From Octopus vulgaris (lineage: Eukaryota): a stretch of 64,000 bases of DNA. A program made the position numbers and the translations under genes. Location: NCBI GenBank assembly GCA_951406725.2, contig OX597828.1:61070001-61134000 (forward strand), given 5' to 3'. Positions within the stretch are counted from its first letter, which is position 1. Each line of letters opens with the position of its first letter. Below the pieces are notes generated by a model. That model ran no database searches and was not told where the DNA came from. It was given only the letters and a program-made list of their open reading frames with translations. Positions 55,728-64,000 of this stretch are shown piece by piece.

Positions 55728-56570
55728 GCGTTTTGGTAGTCTTGCGAAGTACGCGTGTGAACACGTTGATTAAACATCCGCTACATGATTTATCTGTACC
55801 GACTTGTCACTGGATATAAAACATACATACATACACGCGCACGCACGCACATACATACATGCAATGTATGTATGTATGTATCTCGTAACTAGAACACGAA
55901 AGCGCTTTCCCAGTACTTAATTTTTCTAAAAGGAAAGAATTAGTATTTTGAGATGATAATTTCTAAAGTATGTATGTATGTATGTATGTATGTATGTATG
56001 TATGTATGTATGTATGTATGTATGTATGTATGTATGTATGTATGTATGTATGTATGTATGTATGTATGTATGTATGTATGTATGTATGCACGCATAATAA
56101 ATTACTGAAAAAAGTTTTTTGTGTTCTAGTTATGAAATGCATGCATGTCGTAACTAGGACACAAAAGCGTTTTTTCAGTACTTTTGCTAGAAGGAAAGAA
56201 TTGATATTACTGAGATGGTAATTTTTACAATTTAATTGTATTATAGATGATATCGGTTAAGAATTTGATAAGCAACACTTTAATTACATTCAAAACAATA
56301 TTGTTTCCTGTTAAAAGTCTCAGAAACATGTTTCATAAAACTTTGATACTCATTCTTTTCCCGATTCCTGGGAGCTTAAACTCTTGTCCTAACACATTCA
56401 AGAGAGAAATATTTTCTTTGTTCTTTGAATTTTAGCAGTATGTGTTATGTTTTTCATTTTTAAAAGAATTTATTCCTTCATCCACATTATTTACATTTGA
56501 CGGATATACCCTCCAGCATTTATTTCGAACCTGGGTTCTCATTCCTAAGGTATTTTTCGATGTTATTATC

Positions 56571-56617
<47 letters not shown>

Positions 56618-56642
56618 CAGTATTATTATTATTATTATTATC

Positions 56643-56674
<32 letters not shown>

Positions 56675-56675
56675 C

Positions 56676-56740
<65 letters not shown>

Positions 56741-56741
56741 A

Positions 56742-56839
56742 CGCATATAGCGTAGTGGTTAAGAGCGCGAGCTACTAACCCCAAGATTCCGAGTTCGATT
56801 CCAGGCAGTGACCTGAATAATAATAATAATAATAATAAT

Positions 56840-56874
<35 letters not shown>

Positions 56875-57055
56875 CAACAACAACATCGAAAAATACCTTA
56901 GGAATGGGAACCCAGGTTCGAAATTTCCCCTAGACACCTGATGAATGCTGGAGGGTATATCAGCCGAAACGTTGTGTTAACAACAAGCAAGATGAAGACA
57001 AATATCCGTCAAATGTAAATAATGTACATAATTCCTCATCTCTTAAATATAGAAA
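56742..57055 (+). mobile_element. tRNA-derived SINE / retrozyme-like element (Pol III head, (AAT)n, hammerhead tail)
   Basis: A-box TAGCGTAGTGG and B-box GTTCGATTCC, then an (AAT)n linker, then the hammerhead-containing tail. Confidence 0.75.
56933..56978 (+). ncRNA. Minimal type I hammerhead motif in the tail of a tRNA-headed SINE
   Basis: GACAC-CUGAUGA-AU-GCUG...CAGC-C-GAAAC-GUU-GUGUU. Confidence 0.72.
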
Positions 57056-57148
57056 TGTATTACTCCTTTATCGTTTTAAAATTATTTTTATGAAGTTTTA
57101 CTTAACTCCAAAATGCAAATTTTCATTTTACATTTTTTTTTCTTGCAG

Positions 57149-58191
57149 ATAATACTGAAAACACCGATAAAAAGACACAACCTCAAAGCAGATTAGTCGA
57201 AAAAACTCTACGGAAACGAAAATTGGTCTTCGACGAAGAACATTTTCAAGATGCATTCCTTCGCTGTATCATCTGTCGAGATGTATATAACGATACTAAC
57301 AAAGCCCCCAAATCTTTACCATGTCAACATTGCTTCTGCCTCAACTGTTTTCTGGAAATGTTCCGCGTGGAAGGCGAGTATCGACAGTCCTTGACTTCGG
57401 CTTTCAGAGGCATGCCACGTGCAGTAAAGATTCAATGTCCGACTTGCAGGGAAAGCATTATTGCCTCTGAGGATGACCTCCGTCGACTTCCAAATCAAAA
57501 CAGTATCTTAGAGCTTCTGAAATTCGTTGAACAAACAGGCATCACTGACATTTCCTACTGCTCCAAACACCAACTACAACCGATCAACTTTTTCTGTGAG
57601 TTGTGTTCTGTAGCTGTCTGTAGTGATTGTACAGTTCTCGACCACAAGGAAATAAACGGTCATAACGTGATGAGCATAGATGAAGCCTTGAAAAAATACA
57701 CACCAGTTATTAACGACTCTATTGAAGATATGGAAATGCAAAAACAAAAATATCGTGAGAAGCGACTGCAGATTCTTCAGCGAATGGAAGATGTAAATAA
57801 AATGGAAAAGCGTGTATCAGCAGAAATTAAAGAAGCATTTCAATCTTTCCGAAATGCTATAATAGAACGTGAACGCAATATCACTTCCATGGCTGAACAA
57901 GAAGCAAGCAGAAAACGAACCCATCTCAGTGAAAATCTGCGTCAGATAACGGAAAAAGAGGAAGATATGACAGAGCGAATAAAAATTTTAAACGCAGCCA
58001 AAGTTGAAAAAGATATTCCATATATGTTCTCTATGTACAGTGCTGTGCAGGATTCATTAAATGACAACATTGAACTGCCTCATCGAATGGATGACGGATT
58101 TGATCTGTCTTTTCATTATAAAACAGAGAAGTTAGATACAGTTACTTGGGACCTGAAAGAATTTGGTTTTCTGACAATCGAATCCTCATAA
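57149..58191 (+). CDS. TRIM/RBCC E3 ubiquitin ligase, paralog 2; terminal coding exon
   Basis: The frame is open from the acceptor tttttttttcttgcag|AT (AG at 57147-57148, phase 1) to TAA 58189-58191. RING CIIC...CQHCFCLNC...CPTC, B-box CSKHQLQPINFFCELCSVAVCSDCTVLDH, coiled-coil. Colinear with paralog 1. No in-frame ATG before the RING, so an upstream exon is needed. Confidence 0.92.
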
Positions 58192-59007
58192 TGAATGTCC
58201 TCCAGAATTAATAACTGTGTGGTTTTGGGTCATAAAATGTGCCTCTATTATAACCAATTAATGTGCCAATTATTTTATAATCTTATTCATTAAAGATAAC
58301 TTTGTTTCATTTATTTTTCAACTGTAAAATATAAGTATTTTCGTTTATTTTGAATGAAAGCTCACACTTTTTTATTCTCATTTTTTCTAAAGTTTAACTA
58401 TTTTGTATTGGCTCTCCATTTCCCCTAATATAGAATCTTATTAAAGGTTAATCTAACTTTCGCCAGATTACCTTCAGCATGATTGTTATTTACATTCCAT
58501 TTATAAATACCACCAATGTCAATATTACCTTATATCCTTCTGCAGTTGATATGTACCAGTCAAGCACTGTGGTTGATATAATCAATTGTATTTGGGGCCC
58601 CCCCCCCCCACAAAAAAAAATTCTGTTTTTGTGTGTATATTTGAAACAGTAAAACAAAAACAGGTGGTAGATTGGCCATCATTAGAGCGTCAGAAAAATG
58701 CCTCGTAGTATTTCTTCCGGTTTTGAGTTGAAATTCCACCAGGGTCAACTTCGCTTTTCACCCTCCGGATTTGATCAAATAAATACCGGTCAAATATTGA
58801 AGTCATTGTAAATGCCTACACTCTGCCCACTAAAATGCTGGTCTTATGCAGAAATTTGAAATAATATTGTTGTTGTTGCTATTACTATTTAGTAATCTTA
58901 TTTTAATCTCGTGCTTTCACTACGCTATCGAGCGCAGCTCTGTCTTGGGTGTTTGTTGTGGTGCTCTTATTTTCACTGTATTGAAAGTGTTTTACGTAGG
59001 ATATGTG

Positions 59008-59280
59008 CAGGCGCAGGAGTGGCTGTGTGGTAAGTAGCTTGCGTGGCACTTTGGGCAAGTGTCTTCTACTATAGCCTCGGGCCGACCAAAGCCTTGCGAG
59101 TGGATTTGGTTGACGGAAACTGAAAGAAGCCTATCGTATATATGTATATATATATGTGTGTGTGTGTTTGTTACAAAGAATAAGTCCTGGGGTCGATTTG
59201 CTCGACTAAAGGCGGTGCTCCAGCATGGCCGCAGTCAAATGACTGAAACAAGTAAAAGAGAGAAAAAGAGTAAAAGAGGT
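59008..59280 (+). mobile_element. SINE family A with two internal deletions
   Basis: GGCGCAGGAGTGGCTGTGTGGTAAGTAGCTT... through ...GACTGAAACAAGTAAAAGAG. Confidence 0.88.
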
Positions 59281-59359
59281 GCCTAGTAGTGCTATTTTCT
59301 GTATATTATATATACATGTAAGTCCTGATTCTTCTTCTTCTTATTACTATTATTATTAC

Positions 59360-59396
<37 letters not shown>

Positions 59397-59398
<2 letters not shown>

Positions 59399-59827
59399 GG
59401 CGGCGAGCTGGCAGAATCGTTAGCACGCCAGGCAAAATGCTGAGTGGCATTTCGTTCGTCCTGACATGCTGAGTTCAAATTCTGCCGAGGTTGACTTTGC
59501 CTTTCATCCTTTCGGGGTCGATAAATTGAGTACCGGCTGCGTACTGAGGTCGATCTAATCGACTGGCCCCTCCCCTCAAATTTCGGACCTTGTGTCTATA
59601 GCAGAAAGGATTATTATTAAGGTGGCGAGCTGGCAGAAAAGTTAGCACGCCGGGGAAAATACTTTGCGGCATTTCGTCTTTAGTTCTGAGTTCAGATTCC
59701 GCCGAGGTCGACTTCGCTTTTCATCCTTTCCGAGTCAATAAAGTAAGTACCAGTTGAGTACTGGGGTCGATGTAATTGACTATCCTCCTCCCCACAAAAT
59801 TCAGGCCTTGTGCCTACTGCGGAAAGG

Positions 59828-59860
<33 letters not shown>

Positions 59861-60300
59861 GTAGTAAGGCGGCAAGCTGGCAGAAACGTTAGCACGCTGG
59901 GCGAAATGCTTAGCGGTATTTCGTCTGCTGCTACGTTCTGAGTTCAAATTCCGCCGAGGTCGACTTTGCCTTTCATCCTTTCGGTGTCGATAAATTAAGT
60001 ACCAGTTACACACTGGGGTCGATATAAAAGACTTAATCCGTTTGTCTGTCCTTGTTTGTCCTCTCTGTGTTTAGCCCCTTGTGGGTAGTAAAGAAATAGG
60101 TATTTCGTCTTAGCAGTATTTCGTCTGCCGCTACGTTCTGAGTTCAAATTCCGCCGAGGTCGAATTTGCCTTTCATCCTTTCGGGGTCGATTAAATAAGG
60201 ATCAGTTACGCACTGGGGTCGATATAATCGACTTAATCCGTTTGTCTGTCCTTGTTTGTCCTCTCTGTGTTTAGCCCCTTGTGGGTGGTAAAGAAATAGG
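59397..60300 (+). mobile_element. Tandem cluster of four SINE family B copies (GGCGGCGAGCTGGCAGAA...GAGTTCAAATTCCGCCGAGGTCGAC...)
   Basis: Copies start at about 59397, 59619, 59866 and 60100 (5'-truncated), mostly separated by (ATT)n. Two different 3' tails are present. Confidence 0.9.
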
Positions 60301-60539
60301 CATTCACTCGAGCTAAGACCACCATTCTTACCTCTCTCTCTCCCTCCCTCTCTGAGGAACTTGAAAAAGTCGATGAAGGGGCTGGTTGAAACGGAAAATA
60401 ACCCTTAGTCCTTCCGCTGCGTTTATTAACCAATGTATTTCGCCAGAGTCACGTTCCAGTTTGTGTGCATGAACAGCGTACAGAATATTATTTAATATGT
60501 AAGTGACTTTGAAGGCTGTAAGCTTGAAGAATCGTAGAA

Positions 60540-60712
60540 TGATTAGCGGCATTTCGCCCGTTTTTACGTTCTAGGCTCAAATTCCACTGAGGTCGACTTT
60601 ACATTTTATCCCTTTGGGGTCGATAAAATAAGTACCAGATGAGTACTAGGGTCAATGTAATTGACTTGTCCCCTCCCCAGAATTGCTGGCCTTGTACCAA
60701 AATTTGAAACCA
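60540..60712 (+). mobile_element. SINE family B, 5'-truncated
   Basis: Matches the cluster copies. Confidence 0.8.
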
Positions 60713-63524
60713 GTATGTGAGTGGTTTTAGTCACTATGTAATTTAGTAACAGTGTTGAGATATGTTATACAGTAGCTATATATGTGAAAAGGTATGTGAA
60801 ACTATAGGAAGTATATTGAGATACTGTGACAGCGCATGTGATATAGTGACAGTCGCACTGTTGTAATCAGCATGAATGCTTTACCATGGATACAAAATTT
60901 GTTTGCGACTACATGAGATATGGATTTCTAATGTATGTAATTATATTTATGACTGAAACACTGATTACCTGGCACTTCTATGCCTTTTTATGGGACACTG
61001 CATGAGCAACAGATCTGTAATGTAAAGTACTATCAATATTGTTACTCATAGAGGCTTAAGTAATCTCTTTTGTAATACTTATTTTGTAGATGTTTACCTT
61101 TTTGTAACACTTTTGCAGCAATTTTCGTAACAATGGAGAGCAGTAATGTTATAGAATGTACATGTTTAAAATTCAACAGTGTAATGGTTCAAAGTTATGT
61201 ATTAGACGCCAGAATTTACAGAATATAATGAAATATGTACATAATTTATATTCACTTTTTTATCGCGTGTAAAATTGTCATGTCATCTTAGAGGATTTGA
61301 AACTTGCAACTCTGCTGTTGCAATTACATTAATGGCAAAGAAATACATTTTCTTGAAAGTTTCGCTTTAATTGCTCTTTTATTAGTTTTTAAAAGTAGTT
61401 GGAAGATCCCATATAAATTTAGTTTGAAGAATTAAATCCAATTCCTTAATTGTAAGCATAGAACCGCTTGGTTTTAAAGTTTTAAGGATTTTTTTTCTAA
61501 AACTTGACCAGTTTTATTTGAGATAAGAAATATGAGATATATTTATATTTATAGCTGCTCAAATTTACAGATTATTTAATTATTTAATCAGAGAAAAATA
61601 GGAAATGTCCATGGTTTTTGTGCGTCCACTAAAATGGTCACTGTCGTTGATATTAAGCTTGGTCTGTTAGGAAAACGTGCGTTGGCGTGGAATGTGAGTT
61701 CTGGGATCGAAGGATTAGGCAGAAGTAAAGAGTTTAGTTAAGATTTTGTGGAGAGTTACAATGCTGGGATGAGAGGAGGTTGTTGTTTCACGGTTTGGGT
61801 GGAGATGATATACGGTAGTTTAGGAACAGTAGAAGAGATAGAGAGACGACACAATGGTGTTAATGTGTGTTAAGGAGTGGAAATTTGCCGATAATTTGAT
61901 TAAATTTTTAAGGGGTGTGCATTGTAGAGTATTTGTTTGTATAAAGAAAAGTATTAACTAATGTGAGATACTTGAACTTTATATAACATCTGTTGTTCGA
62001 ACTAGTTTCTGGTCCATGACAATATCAAACTCACACAGTCGCATATAGCCGGGAACAGTGAATAACGTGTTAGTTCGCATTTCATTGCCAAACTTGACGT
62101 CCTCTGGTTGTATATTTTCAGGCATTAGATTGAAATTTTAATGAAGACTCTAATTATCAGCATTTTCATTTATTCTAATAATCAAGCTAATTCTAAGATT
62201 TCAAAGTAATTGTTCCCTACTTCTGATTCATATATTTCTTGTGTGCGTTTATGCCTTGGGACCCTTTGGAAAACCTCTTGAATTAGAAATGCACAGACAG
62301 CAAATATAATTGATTTAATGTTTGTGTTATACAAAGTACAAAGGATAGAAAAGTGTGCATGAAAGTATTTTTCGAATATTAGCCGACATAGATGTTTAGT
62401 GCGGGAAATAGGACTAGGGTGCAAGTAGTGAGTGAAAATCTGGCACAACGGTCAAATAGGTTGAGCAGAATATAAGTGAAACCAGTAAGTTTTGAATATA
62501 AAAGTTCATTGTAGTAACGACTCTCGTGCTTAAGAGAGTACGTATGTGGTATGGCAATGGAATAACGAACGCAAGTTTTTCAGTTTCAGTAGATTTCTTC
62601 TGAATATGATTCAGAAATCCAGCTTTCATTGATTGTAAGTCATAACAGATATCATCACAGTTCTCATTAAAGAGGTATATTTGAGGGAACAGTTTCAGAA
62701 AGTCAAGCCTCCTTCATGCAGTTTCAGCAATAAACGAAATAATATTAGGAAGAAAAAATGCTTGGGATTATCAGTTATAACCTTCGCAATGAGGGATTAT
62801 TTTAAGTTGTGAATTGTTCGAGAAGACGGTCATACAATTGAAACCTACTTTCCCGTTGTGAGTAACGTTTGCAGTTTCGTGTTGTTAAACGTTATGATAT
62901 TGCCTGGATCTCATAAATATATGATTTACAATAGTGATTCGGACTTTTCGTTCACATAGTTTAGCTATTTAAACTATATAGAAATATAGGTATTTTGAAC
63001 CCCAAATACCAAGAAGCTTTTCTTACGATTTTTTTAATAATGTAGCGGGAGTAGGTTATAGTTGAGCGACTTATATCTTGTTAGAATCTAAAGGAGCGAA
63101 TGAGAGAAAGTGAAAGCGTGCTGCACCAAATTCCGTTGAGTATTTTATTACATTCCTTTGCATCTATTTGAGATTTATTTTGCCTTGCATCTCTCCGGAG
63201 GAGTGAAGGAAACGTTTAATGGCCCATGAAATTATCCATATTACGTCCAATAAGTTGGTGTTCTTGTGTCAATCTTAGAAACCAAAGTTGCAAGCAGTTT
63301 GTGGTAAAAGTCAACATCAATTCAGAAATTTAAGCCGCTAAAGTAGACAACGTAACATACTCAATCCTTCCTTTTGTCTGTTCAGATTGTTCAAACATTG
63401 TAAAGATACATGTGTGATACATGGATTTCGTCTATTTTTACATGGATATTTTTGTAAAAGTACTTATTTTTTGGTAACGGCGCTTTATATGTAACTTAAC
63501 TCAATTCTTATGCTCCGATAACGA

Positions 63525-63760
63525 TATTATTATCACTATTCTTCTTCTTCTTCTTCTTCGTCTTCTTCTTCTTCTTCTTCTTCTTCTTCTTCTTCTTCTT
63601 CTTCTTCTTCTCCTTCTCCTTCTTCTTCTTATTATTATTATCATTATTATTATTATCATTATTATTATTATTATTATTATTATCATTGTTATTATTATTA
63701 TTATTATCATTGTTATTATTCTTATTCTTATTATTATTATCATTGTTCTTATTATTATCA

Positions 63761-63791
<31 letters not shown>

Positions 63792-63922
63792 CATTGTTAT
63801 TATTATTATCATTGTCATTATTATTATTATTATTATCATTGTTCTTATTATTATCATTGTTATTATTATTATTATTATTATCATTGTTATTATTATTATC
63901 ATTGTCATTATTATTATTATTA
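63525..63922. repeat. (CTT)n plus degenerate (ATT)n microsatellite
   Basis: Read directly from the sequence. Confidence 0.95.
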
Positions 63923-64000
63923 ATTCCTGTTTTGAAGTTAAGATCTTATTTTAATTTTTGTTTTATTTTATTCTACTTTTGTAAACTAAATACGAATCTA

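Noticed and set aside
56742-56815. tRNA gene (also 4803-4870)
   Set aside because: A and B boxes are present but the acceptor stem does not close, and the sequence runs into repeat bodies, so these are SINE heads.
61600-62650. Possible very old minus-strand retroelement remnant
   Set aside because: The composition is suggestive, but no diagnostic motif could be read with confidence.

Overview
This is AT-rich, microsatellite-dense eukaryotic DNA. The SINE families and repeat landscape suggest a cephalopod such as octopus (inference). The only convincing host coding sequences are two paralogous + strand TRIM/RBCC exons (RING, B-box, coiled-coil; about 29.1-30.2 kb and 57.1-58.2 kb), each preceded by a phase-1 splice acceptor. 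The rest is mostly mobile DNA: two mariner relics with TIRs and TA flanks, several Penelope-like (RT + GIY-YIG) fragments, an R4/Dong-type LINE 3' fragment, and at least four tRNA-derived SINE types. Two things stand out. (1) A head-to-tail array at about 50.6-55.8 kb of three divergent, decayed ORF1-only (Gag-like, CCHC) elements with no RT. They share a covarying 3' RNA hairpin, a poly(A)-type tail, an invariant junction 12-mer GCGTTTTGGTAG, and a 3' tail also found on a local SINE. (2) At least eight type I hammerhead ribozyme motifs from about seven different repeat contexts, including a perfect palindrome with one on each strand and one fused to a tRNA-like Pol III head. Nearly all short ORFs in the supplied track are microsatellite artefacts. 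All folding and alignment was done by eye.
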